Assembly: GCA_964575955.1 (NCBI GenBank)
Contig: CAZNTG010000003.1
Location: forward strand, 72,662 to 136,661
DNA length: 64,000 nt
Source: an uncultured Thermoproteaceae archaeon
Lineage (GTDB): Archaea; Thermoproteota; Thermoprotei; Thermoproteales; Thermocladiaceae
Reading direction: 5' to 3'
Shown here: positions 41,651 to 51,963 of the stretch, piece after piece
Position numbering within the stretch: position 1 is the stretch's first letter
Layout of the letters: each line of letters begins with the position of its first letter
The notes under the pieces: model-generated
Database searches by the model: none
Seen by the model: only the letters and a program-made list of their open reading frames with translations
Told to the model about the DNA's origin: nothing
Program-made: the position numbers and the translations under genes

Positions 41651-41893
41651 TTATTCCTTCCTTTCAAGAACTCTTATACCTCTCTCATGGCATATATTCA
41701 CTATCTTCTGAATATTCATCCAAGATTTTGATTTAATAAATACTAAATTACCAACAATTTCAAACTGCACACCTAGTCTAGATATGACATCTTTCAACTT
41801 TTCAAATGTTGCCACACTCATCAGAGCTACATAGTATCCTTGAGGATCTCTCTTTCTACCAATATGAATCTCGTAATCTCCTATCTTAACCAT
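41651..41893 (-). CDS. Small hypothetical protein
   Basis: 80 aa ORF overlapping the end of hom. Confidence 0.6.
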   Translation of the reverse strand: MVKIGDYEIHIGRKRDPQGYYVALMSVATFEKLKDVISRLGVQFEIVGNLVFIKSKSWMNIQKIVNICHERGIRVLERKE

Positions 41894-42936
41894 GTTGTAG
41901 ATAATTCTATAAGTTCACTTAATACATTTACAGCAGTTTCAAAAGGTCCACCACCAATACCTTTTATAAGTATATTATTGTAGTCTGTAATAATTCTAAC
42001 AGCATTTAATAGATATTTAACCTGTGCTAAATCATCATTTTCATCAAGTTCTACAGGTTTTACACCTATATAATTCTTCTCTAAGTCTAGCATAGCTATA
42101 AGTTTTATAACTTTTCTACGTTCTCTACACTTTCTAATATAATCTTCATCTAGCCCTGTAATACCTATTCTCTCAACATCATTTAAACTTACGTCAAGAC
42201 CTACAGTATTTGCAATAATTACTATCTTTGCAGCAGCATCAATACCTTCAAGATCTAATGCTGGATTTGCCTCCATAACTCCTATCTTTCTAGCTTCTTC
42301 TATAGCATCTTTAAGAGATAGATTATCATAGAAAACTCTTGAAAGTATGTAATTTGTAGTTGCATTGAGAATACCCTCAACCTTCTTTAAACTATGTGCA
42401 GCTAGATGTTTTAAAGTATCTATTAGAGGTACACCACCAAAAACTGTAGCTCTATAACCTATAAATGCTCTTCTAGATTTAGCTAAGTTCATTAAATATC
42501 TAAACTTCAATACTAGTGGTGCTTTATTTGCAGTTACAACACTAATACCTCTCTTAAGTGCCTTTATAATGTTTGTAAGACCAGGTTCACCATCTTCATA
42601 ATTTGCAGGTGTTAATTCAATTAAAAAATCTGGAATTGTCTCATCGAGAACATCCTCAACATCATGAGATATCTTACCAATACCAATCTTTGCAACACTA
42701 CTTCTAGGTGCATTTAAAAACTTCTCAAGTTCATCTCTACTAAATCCATCATATTTATATGAAAATCCTGAAGAGTCTGCAATAGATACAATACTAAACT
42801 CAATACCGTACCTAGATCTAATATAATCATACTTATCTAGTATTAACTTAACAAAACTTCTACCAACATTTCCAAAACCTACAACACATATTCTACAAGT
42901 TTTACAAGTATTAATTTTCATGACAAATCGTGACAA
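41881..42936 (-). CDS. hom: Homoserine dehydrogenase
   Basis: GFGNVG, VVTANKAP, GILNATTNYIL, DLEGIDAAAK. Confidence 0.92.
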   Translation of the reverse strand: MSRFVMKINTCKTCRICVVGFGNVGRSFVKLILDKYDYIRSRYGIEFSIVSIADSSGFSYKYDGFSRDELEKFLNAPRSSVAKIGIGKISHDVEDVLDETIPDFLIELTPANYEDGEPGLTNIIKALKRGISVVTANKAPLVLKFRYLMNLAKSRRAFIGYRATVFGGVPLIDTLKHLAAHSLKKVEGILNATTNYILSRVFYDNLSLKDAIEEARKIGVMEANPALDLEGIDAAAKIVIIANTVGLDVSLNDVERIGITGLDEDYIRKCRERRKVIKLIAMLDLEKNYIGVKPVELDENDDLAQVKYLLNAVRIITDYNNILIKGIGGGPFETAVNVLSELIELSTTWLR

Positions 42937-43019
42937 TATGAAGACTATTAAAAATTACGTTTACAAACTGTGATAATAGGGGGAAGAAGGGGAAGATCGG
43001 TTCTCGCTATCTTCTTCTA

Positions 43020-43120
43020 TGGCGGGCCCGCCGGGATTTGAACCCGGGACCTACGGGTCTCTCCTCCCATATTGTTGGGATTAAGAGCCCGCCGCTCTAA
43101 CCAGGCTGAGCTACGGGCCC
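43020..43120 (-). tRNA. tRNA-Lys(CTT) with 23-nt intron at 37/38 (43059-43081), CCA encoded
   Basis: Anticodon arm GCGGG-CT-CTT-A|intron|A-CCCGT; complete BHB (CUCU/GGAG helix, UAA and AGA bulges, UCCCA/UGGGA helix). Confidence 0.97.
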
Positions 43121-43220
43121 TCTTTACTGTCTCTACTTCAAGATACTTGGTGTTTATAAGTCTTACTTTATGTTGGGTGTCTATGGATAGTTTAATAAGT
43201 GTTTTCTATATGTTTCAGGT

Positions 43221-44099
43221 GTGTCTGCCGAATCTATAGCTATATTAAATCAGATGGTTGGTATTCTATTTTTCCTATTTATACTACTGCTATTTCTAGA
43301 ACCAACTTTGAGATTTAAAGCATTGCAAATGGCTAGACTTAGACTTTTACAGGAGATGGAGCTTAAGTATGGTTGGAGAGTTATAACTATGATACATAGA
43401 GAGGAGTGTGTTAGATTTTTCGGTATTCCTGTGTACAGGTATATAGATATTGAAGATTCTGAAGCAATTATTAGAGCTATAAGATCTACACCACCTGAAA
43501 GACCAATAGCACTCATATTACACACACCTGGTGGTCTTGTACTTGCTGCAATGCAGATAGCTATGGCATTAAAGAGACATCCAGGTAAGAAGATTGTAAT
43601 AATACCACACTATGCTATGAGTGGTGGAACTTTGATAGCTCTTGCTGCTGATGAGATACTGATGGATAGAAATGCTGTACTTGGACCACTAGATCCTCAA
43701 CTATCTTTTAAAGGTCAGATGGTTCCTGCTCCAAGTATTTTGAAGACATTTAAGATTAAAGGAGATAAAGCTAGTGATGAGATACTAATATTGGCAGATG
43801 TTGCTCAAAAAGCTTTAAGAGAAGTTCAGGAATTTATAGTAGACTTACTTAAAGATAAGATGGGTAGAGAGAAAGCTGAAGAAATTGCAAAAACTCTCAC
43901 TGAAGGTTATTGGACTCATGACTATCCAATAACTTTCGAAAAAGCTAAAGAACTTGGACTACCTGTTCGTGATGAAGTACCACCAGAAGTGTATAGACTT
44001 ATGGAACTATATCCACAAGCTGGAATAAATAGACCCGGAGTTGAATATATACCATACCCAGTAATACCGCAGAGACGTAGAGAACAGTCACATAGATAG
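43221..44099 (+). CDS. ClpP-class serine protease (SDH family)
   Basis: LHTPGGLVLAA, AMSGGTLIALAADEI, WTHDYPI; N-terminal TM helix. Confidence 0.9.
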   Translation: MSAESIAILNQMVGILFFLFILLLFLEPTLRFKALQMARLRLLQEMELKYGWRVITMIHREECVRFFGIPVYRYIDIEDSEAIIRAIRSTPPERPIALILHTPGGLVLAAMQIAMALKRHPGKKIVIIPHYAMSGGTLIALAADEILMDRNAVLGPLDPQLSFKGQMVPAPSILKTFKIKGDKASDEILILADVAQKALREVQEFIVDLLKDKMGREKAEEIAKTLTEGYWTHDYPITFEKAKELGLPVRDEVPPEVYRLMELYPQAGINRPGVEYIPYPVIPQRRREQSHR

Positions 44100-47000
44100 T
44101 TAATATTTTTCTTCAAAAATCTTCTCAATATTTTCATACTCTCTTCTAATTTTCTCAATAATATCTTCACTAGTCTTCCAAAGTCCTCTAACATATGCTT
44201 CATATAGTCTTCTCAATATTTCAGAGTATGCATATGGATTATAGTTTAAAAATCTATTCTTAATATCTATATTCTCAACATATGTTCTATATATCTTATC
44301 GAATACCCAATTAGGAACATCTCCACTCGTTGCTGCAAGACCTAGAACATATTCAACTCTTTTAGAAATTTCTCTACAACCATCATAGCCATGGTTTAGC
44401 ATAGATTCTATCCATTTTGGATTTAGAAGTCTAGTAATTGCTGAATCTTCTATAGCTTCTCTAATATCTTTAATACGTATTTTCTCTAATGTTGTATCTA
44501 TCCAAAATGTTGATACATCACTACCTTTAACATTCTTAACAGCATTTTTCAAACCTCCAAGAAATTCATAATAATGATCTAGATCTGTTATATCATACTC
44601 ATTTGCATATTTTATCTGTGTAATCATGTCAACTTTAGATAATAGATATGTAAATAGTTCTCTTGCTTCAACTGCATGTACATTTTCACCATATGCATAT
44701 GACATATCTTGAATATATGTTTCAGCTAATTCTGAACTATCTCTCCAATTACCTGTTTCAATCTTATCGACTATTCTAGTATTGTAAGCACCATCTTTTG
44801 GTCCAAATATTCTTAAGAGTGCCATATCTCCAAGTTCTTTAATTTTCTCAAGATAGTGTTTTCTAACAAAGTTCATATTAACTGGCTCGTCAAGACTAGC
44901 TACTAATCTTACAGCTCTATCTATCATAGTTATTAAATTTGGAAAAGTATCTCTAAATATTCCACATATAGTTACAACAACGTCAATTCTAGGTCTACCA
45001 AGCTCTTCAAGAGATATTGGCTCTAACTCCCAATGCCATGGTCCATGCTTTCTTACAAGTCTAACACCTAGATAGTGAAGTATTTGACCAATAGTTTCTC
45101 CTCTAGTACCCATAGTTTCAAAACCCCAAAGCACTACACTAACAGTCTCAGGATACTTACCATGTTTCTCATAGTATCTCCTTAGAGTTTCCTCAGCAAT
45201 TTTAATACCTCTCAAATATGCAGCTTTACTTGGAACTAATCTTGGATCAAATGCATATCCATTACAACCTGTTGGAAAAACTTCAGGAAATCTAACTGGA
45301 TCTCCACAAATTCTCGGAAGTATATACCTACCCTCAAGTGCATCTAGAAGTGATTCTAACTCTCTACTAGACACTATGTTCCTATAGATATTGTATAGAT
45401 ATTCTAGTATCTCTCTACCTTCACCTCTATACTTACTGGGTATTAATTTTAAAGCATCTTCAAGACCATTCTTAACTAGTCTATTTATAATTTCTCTACA
45501 TAAATTCTCAACTTCAAAATATATACTACTTAAAGGCTTTCCATTGATAATCTTGTTAGGATTTTCAAAAACATCATCGTAGTTTATACCAATACTTTCA
45601 AAAATTAATCTATATAATGATTTGACTTCTCTATCATATCTAGACACTATTAGTAGATATTCAACTATATCATCAATATTCCAAACGTTTCCAAGTATGT
45701 GAAGACCTTTTGGAATTATACTTCTCTTCAATGTGAATAATCTATCATGAAGACTTTCAACATCTTTAAACTCTATACCTAACTCTCTACACTTCTCCTC
45801 TATCAACTTTATAACAGTGTTAGCTCTCTCAGGATCTTGCACTTTTGCTTCTTCATATTCGTGGACTAGTTCTTCAAGCTCTTTCCATTCTCCATATAGT
45901 TCCGATATTGTGAATGGTGGTGTTGAATGTGTTATAATATATGCATAGCTTCTTCTCTTAGCAATAGTCATCTCTGATGGATTTGTGACATGGTACACAT
46001 ATATGTGAGGTATATCTCCTATAAGTATATCAGGATAACATTCTGATGATAATCCAACCTCTTTTCCTGGCATAAATTCTAAAGTTCCATGAGTACCTAA
46101 GTGAATTATTGCATCAGCTTTAAACTCATTTTGAAGCCATAAATAGAATGTTAAATACTGATAGTGTGGTGGTAGATCTTTTGAATGATAAACTTTATCA
46201 GGATCTTCATGAATACCCCTACTAGGTTGAATTCCAATGAATACATTTCCAACAACAATTCCAGGTATTAGTATATAACCATCTTCAGAGTTTATATTAA
46301 AATCTTCAATACTACCCCAAGTTCTTTTAATATTTTCAATAACATTCTCAGGTAGTGATTTTAGAAGACTTTTACACTTTTCAATATCTACCTTTATAAA
46401 ATCTCTAATATTTCTAGATATGTATTTTGGAGAATTTATACGTCCTTCATTAACAATCTTCTTAACTAGCTCTTCCTTACTTAATACGTCTACACTGTAG
46501 TTTCTCTCTTTCAACTTCTTTAATATGTTTTCAAGACTTGCAAATATGTCAAGATATGATGCACTTCCAACATTATCTTCACCTGGAGGATAGTTGTATA
46601 TTATAATTGCAATCTTCTTATCACTATTATTCTTATATCTCAATGATATCCAATTTACTGTTCTTCTAACTCTCTTCAATAATCTATCATCTATAACTAC
46701 GATATCTTTAAAAATATCATTACTAAGACCAGCAATTGGTATTGGCTCTATAGAACCATCAATTTCTGGTAATGCAACTCCAGTAATTACCTCAATTGGT
46801 GATATACCTCTAGGATCAGATTTCCATTTCTCAACTTCTCTCATATACATTATCAATCCATTAATTAACAACACATTATGATTCAACAACATATTCCACG
46901 TAGGTTCAGAAGGACCACCATATGGACCTCCATTTATCCTGAACCATTGAAGATTTATCAAAATATCTAACTTAACTCTATCTAAAATTTTATCAATTTC

Positions 47001-47810
47001 ATATACTTGTCTTTTGAGATCAAATGAACCACCACCAACAATGATTACACAATTATAACCAAGATCTCTAAACATCTTGTATAATCTTGAAGCAACAGGC
47101 TTACATTGATCAAAATGCATTCCTGAATATACTAAAATACCGATAGTAGGTCTATTTGGATCTAGTCGAATTTTATCAACATCTACAAACTTCTCAATAT
47201 CGGGTATCCATATTGAAAATGGTTTCACATCTTCACTAGGTTCTTCATACTCTACATCTATATTGAAATAATTTCTTAATATCATTTTAATTAGATTCTC
47301 AATATTTCTCTCAGTTCCATAAGTCCAATACTTTACAGCCTTTACATAATTGTGTAGATCTTTCATAAAACCTAAATGTAATATTCTTCCAATCTTCTCA
47401 AACATATTCATAATTTTTTCAATATTTTCAACATTTATATAATCTACATCAAAATCAAGCTCTTTAACCTTTTTTGTAATAATTTCACCCCTAACGTTGC
47501 CTATCTTTAGATATTTCATTAAATTTGAACTTCCAACAACTAATGGTAGTATTATTCTTGCTCTACTTTTACCTATGTTATCTTCCAATATCTTTATAAA
47601 ATTGCTAGTTGGTGTTCTAATGTCTATAAGTATTATATCACTATCTACTATATCTTCTCTTAATCTATCTATAAGTTCTCTATATGAATCTAGCTCATGT
47701 GTATAGTATATTCTACATATTATATCTATACCACTCTCTCTTAATTTCTCTACTGATCTTATTAATGATCCTAAACTTGTTCTTGTAGATATTACTAATA
47801 GCTTTATCAC
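44100..47810 (-). CDS. cobN: CobN/magnesium chelatase subunit H family
   Basis: LPEIDG, YNYPPG, HLGTHGTLEFMPGK, LPTG-like FPTGCN, RPRIDV..GIFRD, LNPKWI. Confidence 0.9.
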   Translation of the reverse strand: MIKLLVISTRTSLGSLIRSVEKLRESGIDIICRIYYTHELDSYRELIDRLREDIVDSDIILIDIRTPTSNFIKILEDNIGKSRARIILPLVVGSSNLMKYLKIGNVRGEIITKKVKELDFDVDYINVENIEKIMNMFEKIGRILHLGFMKDLHNYVKAVKYWTYGTERNIENLIKMILRNYFNIDVEYEEPSEDVKPFSIWIPDIEKFVDVDKIRLDPNRPTIGILVYSGMHFDQCKPVASRLYKMFRDLGYNCVIIVGGGSFDLKRQVYEIDKILDRVKLDILINLQWFRINGGPYGGPSEPTWNMLLNHNVLLINGLIMYMREVEKWKSDPRGISPIEVITGVALPEIDGSIEPIPIAGLSNDIFKDIVVIDDRLLKRVRRTVNWISLRYKNNSDKKIAIIIYNYPPGEDNVGSASYLDIFASLENILKKLKERNYSVDVLSKEELVKKIVNEGRINSPKYISRNIRDFIKVDIEKCKSLLKSLPENVIENIKRTWGSIEDFNINSEDGYILIPGIVVGNVFIGIQPSRGIHEDPDKVYHSKDLPPHYQYLTFYLWLQNEFKADAIIHLGTHGTLEFMPGKEVGLSSECYPDILIGDIPHIYVYHVTNPSEMTIAKRRSYAYIITHSTPPFTISELYGEWKELEELVHEYEEAKVQDPERANTVIKLIEEKCRELGIEFKDVESLHDRLFTLKRSIIPKGLHILGNVWNIDDIVEYLLIVSRYDREVKSLYRLIFESIGINYDDVFENPNKIINGKPLSSIYFEVENLCREIINRLVKNGLEDALKLIPSKYRGEGREILEYLYNIYRNIVSSRELESLLDALEGRYILPRICGDPVRFPEVFPTGCNGYAFDPRLVPSKAAYLRGIKIAEETLRRYYEKHGKYPETVSVVLWGFETMGTRGETIGQILHYLGVRLVRKHGPWHWELEPISLEELGRPRIDVVVTICGIFRDTFPNLITMIDRAVRLVASLDEPVNMNFVRKHYLEKIKELGDMALLRIFGPKDGAYNTRIVDKIETGNWRDSSELAETYIQDMSYAYGENVHAVEARELFTYLLSKVDMITQIKYANEYDITDLDHYYEFLGGLKNAVKNVKGSDVSTFWIDTTLEKIRIKDIREAIEDSAITRLLNPKWIESMLNHGYDGCREISKRVEYVLGLAATSGDVPNWVFDKIYRTYVENIDIKNRFLNYNPYAYSEILRRLYEAYVRGLWKTSEDIIEKIRREYENIEKIFEEKY

Positions 47811-47843
47811 GTATGAATATTCTATATAGTAGTTGTTTAAGCA

Positions 47844-48572
47844 TTAACCTATAGCTTTCTGCAATTGCCAAAATTCTTCTTTTCCAAATCTCATGATTAG
47901 CATAGTATTTCTATGAACTTTAATCTTCCTAAATTTTGATAGTATACTCGATATGTATGGATATTCTTCAATTTCTGGCTCTACATATACTGCTACTAGA
48001 TTTCTATTTTCAACTCTGGTGTATAGTGATACATCTCTACTCTTGGATACTGCGATAATATACATGTTAGCACAACAATCACGTATTTGAGATACTGACA
48101 ATACTAAGTGATCTACGATAACATTATTTTTAATTAATTCATCTGTAAGTATTTCTAACGATTTCTCAACTACGAAATCTCCATCTGTTTGATATATTGT
48201 TGATAGTAGTTCTATTAATGCAATTTCTGGTTTTGGTTCAGTTATTTCTAAATTTTTCTGTAAAATTATGTTGTATATATTTATGAATGATACTATTCCT
48301 TTAAATGTTAGGCATAATACTGAATCTATGCATGATCTACACATTGAGTATGAATCTGATATTGTTATACATAGTTCTTCACAGTTATTTTTTGCAAAGT
48401 TTAGATCAGGTATTAATACTTCTGATATATTATCTGTAGATCTTACATAGGTGAATTTTTCTATAAACTTACTACCTACACATGATGTGCATATACTTCC
48501 GCTTGTGATTTTTAATTCTTCTAGAATTTTTCTAAAATCTTCTATATTTCTAACTCTTGCAGAGATTAACAT
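47844..48572 (-). CDS. Hypothetical protein abutting hypD (possibly a remote HypE/PurM-like fold)
   Basis: 242 aa ORF with zero gap to hypD; the fold guess rests on context only. Confidence 0.55.
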   Translation of the reverse strand: MLISARVRNIEDFRKILEELKITSGSICTSCVGSKFIEKFTYVRSTDNISEVLIPDLNFAKNNCEELCITISDSYSMCRSCIDSVLCLTFKGIVSFINIYNIILQKNLEITEPKPEIALIELLSTIYQTDGDFVVEKSLEILTDELIKNNVIVDHLVLSVSQIRDCCANMYIIAVSKSRDVSLYTRVENRNLVAVYVEPEIEEYPYISSILSKFRKIKVHRNTMLIMRFGKEEFWQLQKAIG

Positions 48573-49793
48573 CTAAAGTCCAAGTTCTTTTGCTAGTTCA
48601 TTTATAAGTATTGTAGAGCCATATCTTGCCCATATTGAGCATGTTCCTTCACTTGATACCATGCATGGTCCTAATGGTCTTGATGGTGTACATGATTTTA
48701 AGAAGTGTTTACAGTCTGTTGGATATGCTAATCCTAGCATTATCTCTCCACATCTACATCCTGGTGGTGTATCTTTAACCCATTTTGACTCATCTAAATC
48801 TTCAATTCCTAATTGCTTATATGCATCCCATCTCTCATACATATCTTTTAGGTATAGTCCACTTCTAGGAATTATACCTATACCTCTCCATGCAGATTTT
48901 TTAACATCAAAGACTCTATTCATAATCTCTCTAGCATATATGTTTCCTCTCCATGTTACAGCTCTAACATATTCTATAACTGTCTTAGCCTCACCTTTCA
49001 ATAGTTGTCTCAATATTTCACATATTGAGAGTAGTACATCTACAGGTTCAAATCCTGACACAACAACAGGAATTCTATACTTCTCAGATAGAAAACTCCA
49101 TGCTTCACCTCCAGTTATAGTAGATACATGTCCTGGAGCTATTACTCCAAATGCAGGTTCTTCGCCATACACTTCTAATAGTTTTGATTTACAGGCTTCA
49201 ATACTGTACTCTGCTGCTGGTGGTGTTAATCTAACAACACTTAGAAAGTATAGTTTTTCAGGGACTTTATTATTTAGAAACATCTGTGCATATGCTGGTG
49301 CTATTGTTTCAAATCCAATTCCTAGAAATATACTATCTTTAGGATTATTTTTAAAATGTTGTATAGCTTCAAGAAAACTATATACAACAACTACATCACA
49401 ACCTGAAGCCTTAGCTTCTTCGAGACTTCTAACACCATTAATCCTCTTTACTGTAGGTACTCTATACGTATCTCCATATGTGTATATTCTAAATCCTTCA
49501 AATGCAAGTTCAATACATTTCTCAACGTAGTATGATGGTGTTATACATACAGGACATCCAGGACCAGCAACAAGTTCAATTTCTGGAGGTACTATACTTC
49601 TGATACCATAGTACACTGTTGTCCATTCATGAGTACCGCAGAAGTTCATTATTCTTATTTTAGTTATCTTCTTCCTCCTCTTCAATTCTTCTAGAAGTTT
49701 TTTAGAGAGTTCTCTAATTCTTGAGACAAGTTCTACATTATTCCTATATATTTCTTCAATTTTTCTTAATCTTTCAATACTTCTCTCAGACAC
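48573..49793 (-). CDS. hypD: [NiFe]-hydrogenase maturation protein HypD
   Basis: CGTHE, GPGCPVC, GFET, PGHVS, GPCMVSSEGTC. Confidence 0.96.
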   Translation of the reverse strand: MSERSIERLRKIEEIYRNNVELVSRIRELSKKLLEELKRRKKITKIRIMNFCGTHEWTTVYYGIRSIVPPEIELVAGPGCPVCITPSYYVEKCIELAFEGFRIYTYGDTYRVPTVKRINGVRSLEEAKASGCDVVVVYSFLEAIQHFKNNPKDSIFLGIGFETIAPAYAQMFLNNKVPEKLYFLSVVRLTPPAAEYSIEACKSKLLEVYGEEPAFGVIAPGHVSTITGGEAWSFLSEKYRIPVVVSGFEPVDVLLSICEILRQLLKGEAKTVIEYVRAVTWRGNIYAREIMNRVFDVKKSAWRGIGIIPRSGLYLKDMYERWDAYKQLGIEDLDESKWVKDTPPGCRCGEIMLGLAYPTDCKHFLKSCTPSRPLGPCMVSSEGTCSIWARYGSTILINELAKELGL

Positions 49794-49795
49794 TA

Positions 49796-51586
49796 CTATC
49801 CTCTAATTGTCTTCTCTATATGTTCGTAAATCATATACTTTATCTCTCGAATTGCTTGTGAAATTACGTTTGGATCAATCTTACCTAGAGGTGTCTCTGT
49901 TTCAAATAGCTTCTTAGGTAGTTCTATCTTCTCTGGATCGTAGCCTTCTCTAAGTTTAACAATCCACTTCTCAATCCATATCTTTCTACCAACCTCTTTC
50001 AATCTTTCAACATCTATGTTAATTCCTATAGATCTAAGTGCTTTTACGACAACATCTTCCTTATATATACCTCTACCAAATAGGCATAGTACCATGCTGT
50101 TCAATATTTGTCTCCAAGATTCTTCTTCAACAATATACTTAGCTATTTCATGTGGTGTTACATCTCTTCTACCTTCTTTAGCAAGTTTCTCATCGTATGA
50201 GTATCCTGCAGAGTCTAGATGACTATGTCTAAAACCTACGACTAGACTAGTCCAGTATGTGGGTCCTGTATGATATCCTGCAGGTTCAACACCTGCTACA
50301 TGTATCGCAAATTCTCTACCTTCAGGATACTTCTCAGCAAGTGCTTTAACACCCATTGCAGCTATCTTATAGAACTCGTTTGGTTGATAAACTATGTTTC
50401 TAACAATTTCAATATAGGTCTTCCAATCACCCCATCTTGGCTCTACAATAGTCTCACTTTTACTAACTATACCTCTCTCATATGCTTCAGTAATCCATGC
50501 AAGGACAACTCCAGTACTGATTGCATCTAGACCATACTCTTCAACTATCCTTATGAGTCTTAACATTCCTTCAGGATCTCCAATACCTAGATTACTTCCA
50601 AGAGCATATATTAGCTCATAGTCGTATGATATGAATGTTGTCTTGTAGAAGTATGGCTCACCTGTAGGTTCTCTAAGTGCTGCAAGATGTATACATGCTA
50701 CAGGACATCCAGTACATGCAATTCTCCTACCTAACATCTTCTCTGCAAGATATTCACCACTAATCTTCTCAGCTTCTTCAAATCTTCCTGATGAGAAGTT
50801 TCTTGTAGGTAATGCACCAAGCTTATTTAAGACTAGAACATTCTGTGGTGTTCCTAGATCATGATATTTTCTTAATGCTGGTGATTGTGTTGCAAGTTCA
50901 TAAATTTCTTTATAAGTTTTCATATATTCTGCAAGGTATTTTCTATCAAGTTTAAATGAACCTCTACCAATAAATACTATAGCTTTCAATTTTTTAGATC
51001 CAAAAACTGCTCCAAGACCCATTCTTCCAAAGTGTCTATATGTATCTACATTGACATTTGCATATCTTACGAGTTTCTCACCTGCAAGACCAATTCTGAT
51101 TATACTTCTAAATCCTGATCCTGTCGTTACCTCTCTCAAAACTCTACCGATAGTTTCTGTAGATTTCATACCCCATAATGATGATGCATCACAGAATTTG
51201 ACTCCCTTATCATCTATGACTAAGTATACAGGAATATTGCTGACACCTTTAATCACAATTGCTCCATAACCTGCAAATCTTATAGCTGCTGCAAGTCTAC
51301 CACCAGCATGACTTTCAGCTACATAACCGCTTAGTGGTGATTTAAATACTGTAACAACTTTAGAAGCCATTGGAAATATGACTGAGAGTGGACCTACAGC
51401 AAATATTATTGGATTATCAGGACTTAGAGGATCCATATCTGGTTTCGATTCCTCTTTATATAGTTGAATTGCGACACCAATACCACCAAACCACTTCTCA
51501 AATAGATCACTCCTATCTTCAACATGCCATCTCTTCCTTGTTAAGTCTATGTATAGTACTTTGCTTGGAAGCCATGGTGGTAGCAA
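49796..51586 (-). CDS. Tungsten aldehyde:ferredoxin oxidoreductase family protein
   Basis: KSPLSG..ESHAGG, GRMGLGAVFGSKKLKA, CTGCPVAC, EYGLDAISTG. Confidence 0.92.
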   Translation of the reverse strand: MLPPWLPSKVLYIDLTRKRWHVEDRSDLFEKWFGGIGVAIQLYKEESKPDMDPLSPDNPIIFAVGPLSVIFPMASKVVTVFKSPLSGYVAESHAGGRLAAAIRFAGYGAIVIKGVSNIPVYLVIDDKGVKFCDASSLWGMKSTETIGRVLREVTTGSGFRSIIRIGLAGEKLVRYANVNVDTYRHFGRMGLGAVFGSKKLKAIVFIGRGSFKLDRKYLAEYMKTYKEIYELATQSPALRKYHDLGTPQNVLVLNKLGALPTRNFSSGRFEEAEKISGEYLAEKMLGRRIACTGCPVACIHLAALREPTGEPYFYKTTFISYDYELIYALGSNLGIGDPEGMLRLIRIVEEYGLDAISTGVVLAWITEAYERGIVSKSETIVEPRWGDWKTYIEIVRNIVYQPNEFYKIAAMGVKALAEKYPEGREFAIHVAGVEPAGYHTGPTYWTSLVVGFRHSHLDSAGYSYDEKLAKEGRRDVTPHEIAKYIVEEESWRQILNSMVLCLFGRGIYKEDVVVKALRSIGINIDVERLKEVGRKIWIEKWIVKLREGYDPEKIELPKKLFETETPLGKIDPNVISQAIREIKYMIYEHIEKTIRG

Positions 51587-51654
51587 GCTCTCTCCAGTCT
51601 CCTCCTGTTATTTAGCTAAAATATTAATCTATCCGTTATGAGATACATCTTGCA

Positions 51655-51957
51655 CTACTTAACAAAATTTCTACTCTTCTTTTCTAAAAATTCAATCTTA
51701 GCAGAAAGTTTACTAATTTGTGTTTTTAGAAATTCTAACTCTACAGCAATATTATCAACAATCTTCTCAATTTCATATATCTTCTCAATATTTTCGATAG
51801 AATTTCTATCAATATCCTCTAATGCCTTCATAACTATGCTATATATCTTATCTATAAGGTCATCATATGTTAATGCTCCTGTATATAATTTCAACTTTTG
51901 AAGTTTCTCCCAAGTCTCTCTTCTAATAGTTATAGATACGTAACCTCTTCTAGGCAT
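51655..51957 (-). CDS. Ribbon-helix-helix/antitoxin-like protein with coiled-coil tail
   Basis: YVSITIRRETWEKLQKLK..TYDDLI followed by heptads. Confidence 0.6.
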   Translation of the reverse strand: MPRRGYVSITIRRETWEKLQKLKLYTGALTYDDLIDKIYSIVMKALEDIDRNSIENIEKIYEIEKIVDNIAVELEFLKTQISKLSAKIEFLEKKSRNFVK

Positions 51958-51963
51958 TTCAAA

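Noticed and set aside
42978-43019. Attachment site or integrated element at the tRNA-Lys 3' end
   Set aside because: No duplicated tRNA end or integrase; the pyrimidine tract fits a terminator or trailer.
48661-49530. 289 aa + strand ORF, and similar ORFs such as 11570-12082, 19044-19472, 22706-23143, 29375-29917, 33684-34199 and 40341-40826
   Set aside because: Antisense shadows of well-supported genes, with Ser/Ile/Pro-rich translations and no motifs.
51655-51957. Toxin-antitoxin pair
   Set aside because: The RHH-like gene has no adjacent PIN or RelE toxin.
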